Shown: positions 1 through 13,500 of the stretch, piece after piece
Position numbering within the stretch: the stretch's first letter is position 1
Layout: each line of letters begins with the position of its first letter
Assembly (NCBI GenBank): GCA_964016885.1
Contig: OZ024743.1
Location: 322,276,001-322,340,000, forward strand
From: Eledone cirrhosa
Taxonomy: Eukaryota
Direction of reading: 5' to 3'
DNA: 64,000 nt
Position numbers and translations under genes: made by a program
The notes under the pieces: model-generated
What the model saw: the letters and a program-made list of their open reading frames with translations, nothing else
The model's database searches: none
Told to the model about the DNA's origin: nothing

Positions 1-1566
1 AGCTAGAGTAAAAGACACTTACCCACCTTGATCTGGGTCCTTAATTTGGAGCTACAGTAAAAGACACTTACCCACCTCTATCTGGGTCCTTAATTTGGAG
101 CTACAGTAAAAGACACTTACCCACCTCGATCTGGGTCCTTAAATTGGAGCTAGAGTAAAAGACTCTTACTCACCTCGAACTGGGTCCTTAACTTGGAGCT
201 ACAGTAAAAAACACTTACCTACCGGGATCTGGGTCCTTAATTTGGAGCTACAGTAAAAGACACTGACCCACATCGATCTGGGTCCTTAACTTAGAGCTAC
301 AGTAAAACGCACTTACCCACCTCGATTGGGTCCTTAACTTGGAGCTACAGTAAAACACACTTACCCACCTCGATCTGGGTCCTTAACTTGGAGCTACAGT
401 AAAAGACACTTAGACACCTTGAGCTGGGTCCTTTACTTGGCGCTACAGTAAAAGACACTTACCCACCTCGATCTGAGTCCTTAACTTGGAGCTACACTAA
501 AAGATACTTACCCACCTCGAATTGGTTCCTTAACTTGGAGCTACAGTAAAACAGGCTTACCCACCTCGATCTGGGTCCTAAACATGGAGTTACAGTAAAA
601 GACACTTACCCACCTAGATCTGGGTCCTTAACATGGAGCTACAGTAAAATACACTTACCCACCTCGAAGTGGGTCCTTAACTTGGAGCTACAGTAAAACA
701 CACTTACCCACCTCGATCTGGGTCCTTAACTTGGAGCTACAGGAAAACACACTTACACACCTCAATCTGGGTCCTTAACTTGGAGCTACAGTAAAAGACA
801 CTTACCCAACTCGATCTGGGTCCTTAACTTGGAGCTACAGTAAAAGACACTTACCCACCTCGATCTGTGGAGTTACAGTAAAACATACTTACCCACCTCA
901 ATCTGGGTCCTTAACCTGGAGCTAAAGTAAAAGACACTTACCCACCTCTATCTGGATCCTTAACTTGGAGCTACAGTAAAACACATTTACCCATCTAAAT
1001 CTGGGTCATTAACTTGGAGCTACGATAAAACACAATAGCCACCTCGATCTGGGTTCTTAACTGGGAACTACAATAAAAGACACTTACCCACCTCGATCTG
1101 GGTCCTAAACTTGGAACTACAGTATAACACACTTACCCACCTCGATCTGGGTCCTTAACTAGGAGCTATAGAAAAACACACTTACCCACATGATCTGTTT
1201 CCTTAATTTGGAGCTACAGTAAAACACACTTACTCACCTCGATCTGGGTCCTTAATTTGGACCTATTGTAAAGACACTTACCCACCTTGATCTGGGTCCT
1301 TAACTTGGGACTACAGTAAAATAGACTTACCCACCTTGATCTGGGTCCTTAACTGGGAGCTACAGTAAAACACACTTACCCACCTCTATCTGGGTCCTTA
1401 ACTTGGAGCTAGAGTAAAACACACTTACCCACCTCGATCTGGGTCCTTAATTTGGAGCTACAGTAAAAGACACTTACCCACCTGGATCTGGGTCCTTAAC
1501 TTGGAGCTAGAGTAAAAGACACTTACCCACCTCGATCTGGGTCCTTAATTTGGAGCTACAGTAAAA

Positions 1567-4500
1567 GACACTTACCCACCTCTATCTGGGTCCTTAATTT
1601 GGAGCTACAGTAAATGACACTTACCCACCTCGATCTGGGTCCTTAAATTGGAGCTAGAGTAAAAGACTCTTACTCACCTCGAACTGGGTCCTTAACTTGG
1701 AGCTACAGTAAAAAACACTTACCTACCGGGATCTGGGTCCTTAATTTGGAGCTACAGTAAAAGACACTTACCTACCGGGATCTGGGTCCTTAACTTGGAG
1801 CTACAGTAAAAGACACTTACCCACCACGATCTGGGTCCTTAACTTGGAGATATAGTAAAAGACACTTACCCACCTCGATCTGGGTCCTTAACTTGGAGCT
1901 ACAGTAAAAGACACTTACCCACCACGATCTGGGTCCTTAACTTGGAGCTACAGTAAGAGACACTTAACCACCTCGATCTGGTTCCTTAACGTGGAGCTAC
2001 AATAAAACACACTTACCGACCTCGATCTGGGTCCTTAACTTGTAGCTACAGTAAAACACACTTACCCAACTTTATCTGGGTCCTTAACTTGGAGCTACAG
2101 TAAAAAATACTTACCCACATCGATCTGGGTCCTTAACTTGGAGCTACAGTAAAAGACACTTACCCACCTCGATCTTGGTCCTTAACTTGGAGCTAGAGTA
2201 AAACACACTTACCCACCTAGATCTGGTTCCTGAACTTCGAGATATAGTAAAAGACACTTACCCACCTCGATTTGGGTCCTTAACTTGGAGCTACAGTAAA
2301 ACACACTTACCCACGTTGATCTGGGTCCTTAACTTGAAGCTACAGTAAAACACACTTACCCACCTCGATCTCGGTCCTTAACTTGGAGCTAGAGTAAAAC
2401 ACACTTACCCACCTCGATCTGGGTTATTAACTGGAGCTACAGTAATACATACCTACCCACCAGATCTGGGTCCTTAACTTGGAGCTACAGTAAAAGACAC
2501 TTAACCTCCTCGATCTGGTTCCTTAACTTGGAGCTACAATAAAACACACTTACCGACCTCGATCTGGGTCCTTAACTTGCAGCTATATTAAAACACACTT
2601 ACCCACATTGATCTGGGTCCTTAACTTGGAGCTACAGTAAAACACACTTACCCACCTGGATCTGGGTCCTTAACATGGAGATATAGTAAAAGACACTTAC
2701 CCACCTCGATTTGGGTCCTTAACTTGGAGCTACAGTAAAACACACTTACCCACCTAGATCTGGGTCCTTAACTTGAAGCTACAGTAAATCACATTTACCC
2801 ACCTCCATCAGGGTCCTTAACTTGGAGCTAAAGTAAAACACACTTACCCACCTTGATCTGGGTTAATAACTGGAGCTACAGTAATACATACCTACCCACC
2901 AGATCTGGGTCCTTAACTTGGAGCTACAATAAAACACACTTACCCACCTCTATCTGGGTCCTTAACTTGGAGCTAGAGTAAAACACACTTACCCACCTTG
3001 ATCTGGGTCCTTAACTTGGAGCTACAGTAAAACACATTTACCCACCTCTATCTGGGTCCTTAACTTGGAGCTAGATTAAAACACACTTACCCACCTCGAT
3101 CTGGGTCCTTAACTTGGAGCTACAGTAAAACACACTTACCCACCGTGATCTGGGTCCTTAACCTGGAGCTACAGTAAATGACAATTAGCCACCTTGATCT
3201 GGGTCCTTAACTTGGAGCTACAGTGAAAGACACTTACCCACCTTGATCTGAGTCCTTAACTTGGAGTTACAGTAAAAGACACTTTACCCACCTCGATCTG
3301 GGTCCTTAACTTGGAGCTACAGTAAAACACACTTACCCACCTAGATCTGGTTCCTTAACTTGGAGTTACAGTAAAACAAACTTACCCACCTGGATCTGGG
3401 TCCTTAATTTGGAGCTACAGTAAAAGACACTTTCCCACATCAATCTGGGTCCTTAAATTAGAGCTACAATAAAACACACTTACCGACCTCGATCAGAGTC
3501 CTTAACTTGGAGCTACAGTAAAACACACTTACCCACCATTATCCGGGTCCTTAACTTGGAGCTACAGTAAAACATACTTACCCACATCGATCTGGGTCCT
3601 TAACTTGGAGCTACAGTAAAAGACACTTACCCACCTCGATCTTGGTCCTTAACTTGGAGCTACAGTGGAACACACTTACCCACCTCGAAATGGGTCCTTA
3701 ACTTGGAGCTATAATAAAACACACTTACCGACCTCGATCTGGGTCCTTAACTTGTAGCTACAGTAAAACACACTTACCCAACTTTATCTGGGTCCTTAAC
3801 TTGGAGCTACAGTAAAAGTCTCTTAACCACCTCGATCTGGGTCCTTAACTTGGAGCTACAATAAAACACACTTACCGACCTCGATCTGGGTCCTTAACGT
3901 GGAGCTACAGTAAAACACACTTACCCACCTTGATCTGGGTCCTTAACTTGAAGCTACAGTAAAACACACTTACCCACCTAGATCTCGGTCCTTAACTTGG
4001 AGCTAGAGTAAAACACACTTCCCCACCTCGATCTGTGTTATTAACTGGAGCTACAGTAATACATACCTACCCACCAGATCTGGGTCCTTAACTTGGACCT
4101 ACAGTAAAAGACACTTAACCACCTCGATCTGGTTCCTTAACTTGGAGCTACAATAAAACACACTTACCGACCTCGATCTGGGTCCTTAACTTGCAGCTAT
4201 AATAAAACACACTTACCCACATTGATCTGGGTCCTTAACATGGAGCTACACTAAAACACACTTACCCACCTAGATCTGGGTCCTTAACTTGGAGATATAG
4301 TAAAAGACACTTACCCACCTCGATTTGGGTCCTTAACTTGGAGCTACAGTAAAACACACTTACCCACCTAGATCTGGGTCCTTAACTTGAAGCTACAGTA
4401 AATCACACTTACCCACCTCCATCAGGGTCCTTAACTTGGAGCTAACGTAAAACACACTTACCCACCTTGATCTGGGTTATTAACTGGAGCTACAGTAATA

Positions 4501-7500
4501 CATACCTACCCACCAGATCTGGGTCCTTAACTTGGAGCTACAATAAAACACACTTACCCACATTGATCTGGGTCCTTAACTTGGAGCTACAGTAAAACAC
4601 ATTTACCCACCCCTATCTGGGTACTTAACTTGGAGCTAGAGTAAAACACACTTACCCACCTCGATCTGGGTCCTTAACTTGGAGCTACAGTAAAACACAC
4701 TTACCCAACTTTATCTGGCTCCTTAACGTGGAGCTACAGTAAAACACACTTACCCACCTCGAATTGGGTCCTTAACTTGGAGCTATAATAAAACACACTT
4801 ACCCACATCGATCTGGGTCCTTAACTTGGAGCTACAGTAAAACACACTTACCCAACTTTATCTGGCTCCTTAACGTGGAGCTACAGTAAAACACACTTAC
4901 CCACCTCGAATTGGGTCCTTAACTTGGAGCTATAATAAAACACACTTACCCACCTAGATCTACGTCCTTAACTTGGAGCTACAGTAAAACACACTTACCC
5001 ACCTTTATCTACGTCCTTAACTTGGAGCTACAGTAAAACACACTTACCCACCATTATCCGGGTCCTTAAATTGGAGCTACATTAAAACACACTTACCCAC
5101 TTTGATCTGGGTCCTTAACATGGAGCTACAGTAAAACACACTTACCCACCTTGATCTGGGTCCTTAACTTGAAGCTACAGTAAAACACACTTACCCACCT
5201 CGATCTCGGTCCTTAACTTGGAGCTACAGTAAAAGACACTTACCCACCTCGATCTGTGTTATTAACTGGAGCTACAGTAATACATACCTACCCACCAGAT
5301 CTGGGTCCTTAACTTGGAGCTACAGTAAAAGACACTTAACCTCCTCGATCTGGTTCCTTAACTTGGAGCTACAATAAAACACACTTACCGACCTCGATCT
5401 GGGTCCTTAACTTGCAGCTATAATAAAACACACTTACCCACATTGATCTGGGTCCTTAACTTGGAGCTACAGTAAAACACATTTACCCACCTCTATCTGG
5501 GTCCTTAACTTGGAGCTAGATTAAAACACACTTACCCACCTTGATCTGGGTCCTTAACTTGGAGCTACAGTAAAACACACTTACCCACCGTGATCTGGGT
5601 CCTTAACCTGGAGCTACAGTAAATGACAATTAGCCACCTTGATCTGGGTCCTTAACTTGGAGCTACAGTGAAAGACACTTACCCACCTTGATCTGAGTCC
5701 TTAACTTGGAGCTACAGTAAAATACACTTACCCACCTTGATCTGGGTCCTTAACATGGAGTTACAGTAAAAGACACTTACCCACCTTGATCTGGGTCGTT
5801 AACATGGAGCTACAGTAAAAGACACTTTACCCACCTCAATCTGGGTCCTTAACTTGGAGCTACAGTAAAACACACTTACCCACCTCGATCTGGTTCCCTA
5901 ACTTGGAGTTACAGTAAAACAAACTTACCCACCTGGATCTGGGTCCTTAATTTGGAGCTACAGTAAAAGACACTTTCCCACATCAATCTGGGTCCTTAAA
6001 TTAGAGCTACAATAAAACACACTTAGCCTCCTCGATCAGAGTCCTTAACTTGGAGCTACAGTAAAAGTTACTTAACCACCTCGATCTGGGTCCTTAACTT
6101 GGAGCTACAGTAAAACACACTTACCCACCATTATCCGGGTCCTTAACTTGGAGCTACAGTAAAAGACACTTACCCACCTCTATCTGGGTCCTTAATTTGG
6201 AGCTACAGTAAATGACACTTACCCACCTCGATCTGGGTCCTTAAATTGGAGCTAGAGTAAAAGACTCTTACTCACCTCGAACTGGGTCCTTAACTTGGAG
6301 CTACAGTAAAAAACACTTACCTACCGGGATCTGGGTCCTTAATTTGGAGCTACAGTAAAAGACACTTACCTACCGGGATCTGGGTCCTTAACTTGGAGCT
6401 ACAGTAAAAGACACTTACCCACCACGATCTGGGTCCTTAACTTGGAGATATAGTAAAAGACACTTACCCACCTCGATCTGGGTCCTTAACTTGGAGCTAC
6501 AGTAAAAGACACTTACCCACCACGATCTGGGTCCTTAACTTGGAGCTACAGTAAGAGACACTTAACCACCTCGATCTGGTTCCTTAACGTGGAGCTACAA
6601 TAAAACACACTTACCGACCTCGATCTGGGTCCTTAACTTGTAGCTACAGTAAAACACACTTACCCAACTTTATCTGGGTCCTTAACTTGGAGCTACAGTA
6701 AAAAATACTTACCCACATCGATCTGGGTCCTTAACTTGGAGCTACAGTAAAAGACACTTACCCACCTCGATCTTGGTCCTTAACTTGGAGCTAGAGTAAA
6801 ACACACTTACCCACCTAGATCTGGTTCCTGAACTTCGAGATATAGTAAAAGACACTTACCCACCTCGATTTGGGTCCTTAACTTGGAGCTACAGTAAAAC
6901 ACACTTACCCACCTCGATCTCGGTCCTTAACTTGGAGCTACAGTAAAACACACTTACCCACCTGGATCTGGGTCCTTAACATGGAGATATAGTAAAAGAC
7001 ACTTACCCACCTCGATTTGGGTCCTTAACTTGGAGCTACAGTAAAACACACTTACCCACCTAGATCTGGGTCCTTAACTTGAAGCTACAGTAAATCACAT
7101 TTACCCACCTCCATCAGGGTCCTTAACTTGGAGCTAAAGTAAAACACACTTACCCACCTTGATCTGGGTTATTAACTGGAGCTACAGTAATACATACCTA
7201 CCCACCAGATCTGGGTCCTTAACTTGGAGCTACAATAAAACACACTTACCCACCTCTATCTGGGTCCTTAACTTGGAGCTAGAGTAAAACACACTTACCC
7301 ACCTTGATCTGGGTCCTTAACTTGGAGCTACAGTAAAACACATTTACCCACCTCTATCTGGGTCCTTAACTTGGAGCTAGATTAAAACACACTTACCCAC
7401 CTCGATCTGGGTCCTTAACTTGGAGCTACAGTAAAACACACTTACCCACCGTGATCTGGGTCCTTAACCTGGAGCTACAGTAAATGACAATTAGCCACCT

Positions 7501-10500
7501 TGATCTGGGTCCTTAACTTGGAGCTACAGTGAAAGACACTTACCCACCTTGATCTGAGTCCTTAACTTGGAGTTACAGTAAAAGACACTTTACCCACCTC
7601 GATCTGGGTCCTTAACTTGGAGCTACAGTAAAACACACTTACCCACCTAGATCTGGTTCCTTAACTTGGAGTTACAGTAAAACAAACTTACCCACCTGGA
7701 TCTGGGTCCTTAATTTGGAGCTACAGTAAAAGACACTTTCCCACATCAATCTGGGTCCTTAAATTAGAGCTACAATAAAACACACTTACCGACCTCGATC
7801 AGAGTCCTTAACTTGGAGCTACAGTAAAAGACACTTTACCCACCTCTATCTGGGTCCTTAACTTGGAGCTACAGTAAAACACACTTACCCACCATTATCC
7901 GGGTCCTTAACTTGGAGCTACAGTAAAACATACTTACCCACATCGATCTGGGTCCTTAACTTGGAGCTACAGTAAAAGACACTTACCCACCTCGATCTTG
8001 GTCCTTAACTTGGAGCTACAGTGGAACACACTTACCCACCTCGAATTGGGTCCTTAACTTGGAGCTATAATAAAACACACTTACCGACCTCGATCTGGGT
8101 CCTTAACTTGTAGCTACAGTAAAACACACTTACCCAACTTTATCTGGGTCCTTAACTTGGAGCTACAGTAAAAGTCTCTTAACCACCTCGATCTGGGTCC
8201 TTAACTTGGAGCTACAATAAAACACACTTACCGACCTCGATCTGGGTCCTTAACGTGGAGCTACAGTAAAACACACTTACCCACCTTGATCTGGGTCCTT
8301 AACTTGAAGCTACAGTAAAACACACTTACCCACCTAGATCTCGGTCCTTAACTTGGAGCTAGAGTAAAACACACTTCCCCACCTCGATCTGTGTTATTAA
8401 CTGGAGCTACAGTAATACATACCTACCCACCAGATCTGGGTCCTTAACTTGGACCTACAGTAAAAGACACTTAACCACCTCGATCTGGTTCCTTAACTTG
8501 GAGCTACAATAAAACACACTTACCGACCTCGATCTGGGTCCTTAACTTGCAGCTATAATAAAACACACTTACCCACATTGATCTGGGTCCTTAACATGGA
8601 GCTACAGTAAAACACACTTACCCACCTAGATCTGGGTCCTTAACTTGGAGATATAGTAAAAGACACTTACCCACCTCGATTTGGGTCCTTAACTTGGAGC
8701 TACAGTAAAACACACTTACCCACCTAGATCTGGGTCCTTAACTTGAAGCTACAGTAAATCACACTTACCCACCTCCATCAGGGTCCTTAACTTGGAGCTA
8801 ACGTAAAACACACTTACCCACCTTGATCTGGGTTATTAACTGGAGCTACAGTAATACATACCTACCCACCAGATCTGGGTCCTTAACTTGGAGCTACAAT
8901 AAAACACACTTACCCACATTGATCTGGGTCCTTAACTTGGAGCTACAGTAAAACACATTTACCCACCCCTATCTGGGTACTTAACTTGGAGCTAGAGTAA
9001 AACACACTTACCCACCTCGATCTGGGTCCTTAACTTGGAGCTACAGTAAAACACACTTACCCAACTTTATCTGGCTCCTTAACGTGGAGCTACAGTAAAA
9101 CACACTTACCCACCTCGAATTGGGTCCTTAACTTGGAGCTATAATAAAACACACTTACCCACATCGATCTGGGTCCTTAACTTGGAGCTACAGTAAAACA
9201 CACTTACCCAACTTTATCTGGCTCCTTAACGTGGAGCTACAGTAAAACACACTTACCCACCTCGAATTGGGTCCTTAACTTGGAGCTATAATAAAACACA
9301 CTTACCCACCTAGATCTACGTCCTTAACTTGGAGCTACAGTAAAACACACTTACCCACCTTTATCTACGTCCTTAACTTGGAGCTACAGTAAAACACACT
9401 TACCCACCATTATCCGGGTCCTTAAATTGGAGCTACATTAAAACACACTTACCCACTTTGATCTGGGTCCTTAACTTGGAGCTACAGTAAAACACACTTA
9501 CCCACCTTGATCTGGGTCCTTAACTTGAAGCTACAGTAAAACACACTTACCCACCTCGATCTCGGTCCTTAACTTGGAGCTACAGTAAAAGACACTTACC
9601 CACCTCGATCTGTGTTATTAACTGGAGCTACAGTAATACATACCTACCCACCAGATCTGGGTCCTTAACTTGGAGCTACAGTAAAAGACACTTAACCTCC
9701 TCGATCTGGTTCCTTAACTTGGAGCTACAATAAAACACACTTACCGACCTCGATCTGGGTCCTTAACTTGCAGCTATAATAAAACACACTTACCCACATT
9801 GATCTGGGTCCTTAACTTGGAGCTACAGTAAAACACATTTACCCACCTCTATCTGGGTCCTTAACTTGGAGCTAGATTAAAACACACTTACCCACCTTGA
9901 TCTGGGTCCTTAACTTGGAGCTACAGTAAAACACACTTACCCACCGTGATCTGGGTCCTTAACCTGGAGCTACAGTAAATGACAATTAGCCACCTTGATC
10001 TGGGTCCTTAACTTGGAGCTACAGTGAAAGACACTTACCCACCTTGATCTGAGTCCTTAACTTGGAGCTACAGTAAAATACACTTACCCACCTTGATCTG
10101 GGTCCTTAACATGGAGTTACAGTAAAAGACACTTACCCACCTTGATTTGGGTCGTTAACATGGAGCTACAGTAAAAGACACTTTACCCACCTCGATCTGG
10201 GTCCTTAACTTGGAGCTACAGTAAAACACACTTACCCACCTCGATCTGGTTCCCTAACTTGGAGTTACAGTAAAACAAACTTACCCACCTGGATCTGGGT
10301 CCTTAATTTGGAGCTACAGTAAAAGACACTTTCCCACATCAATCTGGGTCCTTAAATTAGAGCTACAATAAAACACACTTAGCCTCCTCGATCAGAGTCC
10401 TTAACTTGGAGCTACAGTAAAAGTTACTTAACCACCTCGATCTGGGTCCTTAACTTGGAGCTACAGTAAAACACACTTACCCACCATTATCCGGGTCCTT

Positions 10501-10520
10501 AACTTGGAGCTACAGTAAAA
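1567..10520. repeat. Higher-order tandem duplication D1: copy 1 about 1567-6164 (4598 bp), copy 2 about 6165-10520 (4356 bp)
   Basis: Rare variants are shared in the same order: taaatgacac at 1611/6209 (offset 4598), cctggatctgggtccttaacatggagatat at 2655/6961 (4306), gtggaacacac at 3665/8021 (4356). The match ends at 6164/10520. Confidence 0.9.
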
Positions 10521-13500
10521 CATACTTACCCACATCGATCTGGGTCCTTAACTTGGAGCTACAGTAAAAGACACTTACCCACCTTGATCTTGGTCCTTAA
10601 CTTGGAGCTACAGTGGAACACACTTACCCACCTCGAATTGGGTCCTTAACTTGGAGCTATAATAAAACACACTTACCGACCTCGATCTGGGTCCTTACCT
10701 TGGAGCTACAGTAAAACACACTTACCCAACTTTATCTGGCTCCTTAACGTGGAGCTACAGTAAAACACACTTACCCACCTCGAATTGGGTCCTTAACTTG
10801 GAGCTATAATAAAACACACTTACCCACATCGATCTGGGTCCTTAACTTGGAGCTACAGTAAAACACACTTACCCAACTTTATCTGGCTCCTTAACGTGGA
10901 GCTACAGTAAAACACACTTACCCACCTCGAATTGGGTCCTTAACTTGGAGCTATAATAAAACACACTTACCCACCTAGATCTACGTCCTTAACTTGGAGC
11001 TACAGTAAAACACACTTACCCACCATTATCCGGGTCCTTAAATTGGAGCTACATTAAAACACATTTACCCACTTTGATCTGGGTCCTTAACTTGGAGCTA
11101 CAGTAAAACACACTTACCCACCTTGATCTGGGTCCTTAACTTGAAGCTACAGTAAAACACACTTACCCACCTCGATCTCGGTCCTTAACTTGGAGCTACA
11201 GTAAAAGACACTTACCCACCTCGATCTGTGTTATTAACTGGAGCTACAGTAATACATACCTACCCACCAGATCTGGGTCCTTAACTTGGAGCTACAGTAA
11301 AAGACACTTAACCTCCTCGATCTGGTTCCTTAACTTGGAGCTACAATAAAACACACTTACCGACCTCGATCTGGGTCCTTAACTTGCAGCTATAATAAAA
11401 CACACTTACCCACATTGATCTGGGTTATTAACTGGAGCTACAGTAATACATAACTACCCACCAGATCTGGGTCCTTAAATTGGAGCTACAGTAAAAGTCA
11501 CTTAACCACCTCGATCTGGTTCCTTAACTTGGAGTTACAATAAAACACACTTACTCACCTCGATCTGGGTCCTTACCTTGGAGCTACAGTAAAAGACACT
11601 TACCCACTTTGATCTGAGTCCTTAACTTGGAGCTACAGTAAAAGTAACTTACCCACCTCGAATTGGTTCCTTAACTTGGAGCTACAGTAAAACACACTTA
11701 CCCACCTTGATCTGGGTCCTTAACATGGAGTTACAGTAAAAGACACTTTACCCACCTCGATCTGGGTGCTTAACTTGGAGCTACAGTAAACCACACTTAG
11801 CCACCTTGATCTGGGTCCTTAACTTGGAGCTACAGTAAAACAAACTTACCCACCTGGATCTGGGTCCTTAAATTGGAGCTACAGTAAAATACACTTACCC
11901 ACCTCGATCTGGGTCCTTAATTTGGAGTTACAGTAAAAGACACTTACCCACCTAGATCTGGGTCCTTAACTTGGAGCTACACTAAAACACACTTACCCAT
12001 CTCAATTTGGGTCCTTAACCTGGAGCTACAGTAAAAGACACTTACCCACATCTATCTGGGTCCTTAACTTGGAGGTACGATAAAACAGACTTACGCACCT
12101 TTATCTGGGTCATTAACTTGGAGCTAGAGTAAAAGACACTTACCCACCTTGATTTGGGTCCTTAACTTGGAGCTACAGTCAAACAGACTTACCCATATGA
12201 ACTGGGTCCTTAACTTGGAGCTACAGTAAAACACACTTAGACACCTCGATCTTGGTCCTTAACTTGGAGTTACAATAAAACACACTTACCCACCTCGATC
12301 TGGGTCCTTAACTTGGAACTACAGTAAAAGACACTTACCCACCTCGATCTGGGTCCTTAACTTGGACCTACAGAAAAACACACTTTCCCACCTCAATCTG
12401 GGTCCTTAACTCGGAGCTACAGTAAAACACACTACCCACCTCTATCTGGGTCCTTAACTTTGAGCTACAGTAAAACACATTTACCCACCTCAATCTGGGT
12501 CCTTAACTTGGAGCTACAGTAAAAGACACTTACCCACCTCGATCTGGGTCCTTAACTTGGAGCTACAGTAAAACACACTTACCCATATCGATCTGGTTCC
12601 TTAACTTGGAGCTACAGTAGAAGACACTTACCCTCCTCTATCTGGGTCCTTAACTTGGAGCTACAGTAAAAGACACTTACCCACCTCGATCTGGGTCCTT
12701 AACTTGTAGACACAGTAAAACACACTTACCGACCTCGATCTGGGTCCTTAACTTGGAGCTACAGTAAAACACACTTACCCACTTCGATCTGGGTCCTTAA
12801 CTTGGAGCTACAGTAAAAGACACTTACCCAGCTCGATCTGGGTCCTTAACTTGGAGTTACAGTAAACAAACTTACCCACCTCGAACTGGGTCCTTAACTT
12901 GGAGCTACAGTCAAAGACACATACCCACCGAGTTCTGGGTCCTTAACATGGAGCTACAGTAAAATACACTTACCCACCTTGATCTGGGTCCTTTAGTAGG
13001 AGCTGCAGTAAAACACACTTATCCACCTCGATCTGGGTCCTTAACTTGGAACTACAGTAAAACATATTACCCACCTCGATCTGGGTCCTTGACTTAGTGC
13101 TACAGTAAAACACACTTACCCACCTTGATCTGGGTCCTTAACTGGGAGCTACAGTAAAACGCGCTTACCCACCTCGATCTGGTTCCTTAACTTGGATCTA
13201 CAGTCAACACACTTACCCACCTCGATCTGGGTCCTTAATTTGGTGCTATAGTAAAAGACACTACCCACCTCATTCTGGGTCCTTAACTTGGAACTACAGA
13301 AAAGACACTTACCTACCTTGATCTTGGTCCTTAACTGGAAGCCACAGTAAAACACACTTACCCACCTTGATCTGGGTCCTTAACTTGTAGCTACAGTAAA
13401 ACACACTTATCCACCTCGATCTGAGTCATTAACTTGGAGCTACAGTAAAAGACACTTACCCACATCGATCTGGGTCTTTAACTTGAAGCGACAGTAAAAC

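Noticed and set aside
341-389. Four 4-bp palindromes per monomer (AGCT, TCGA, GATC, TTAA), including a piggyBac-type TTAA target and a Dam-type GATC
   Set aside because: Short motifs like these can arise by chance in one 49-mer and are frequently mutated. No inserted element, terminal inverted repeat or bacterial context was seen. They are useful only for restriction-ladder tests (AluI, Sau3AI).
13149-13355. 68-aa - strand ORF (identical copy at 18965-19171), with Cys/Lys-rich repeats
   Set aside because: It is a translation of four satellite monomers where indels happen to avoid stops. The 49-bp period is not a multiple of 3, and the second copy is explained by duplication D2.
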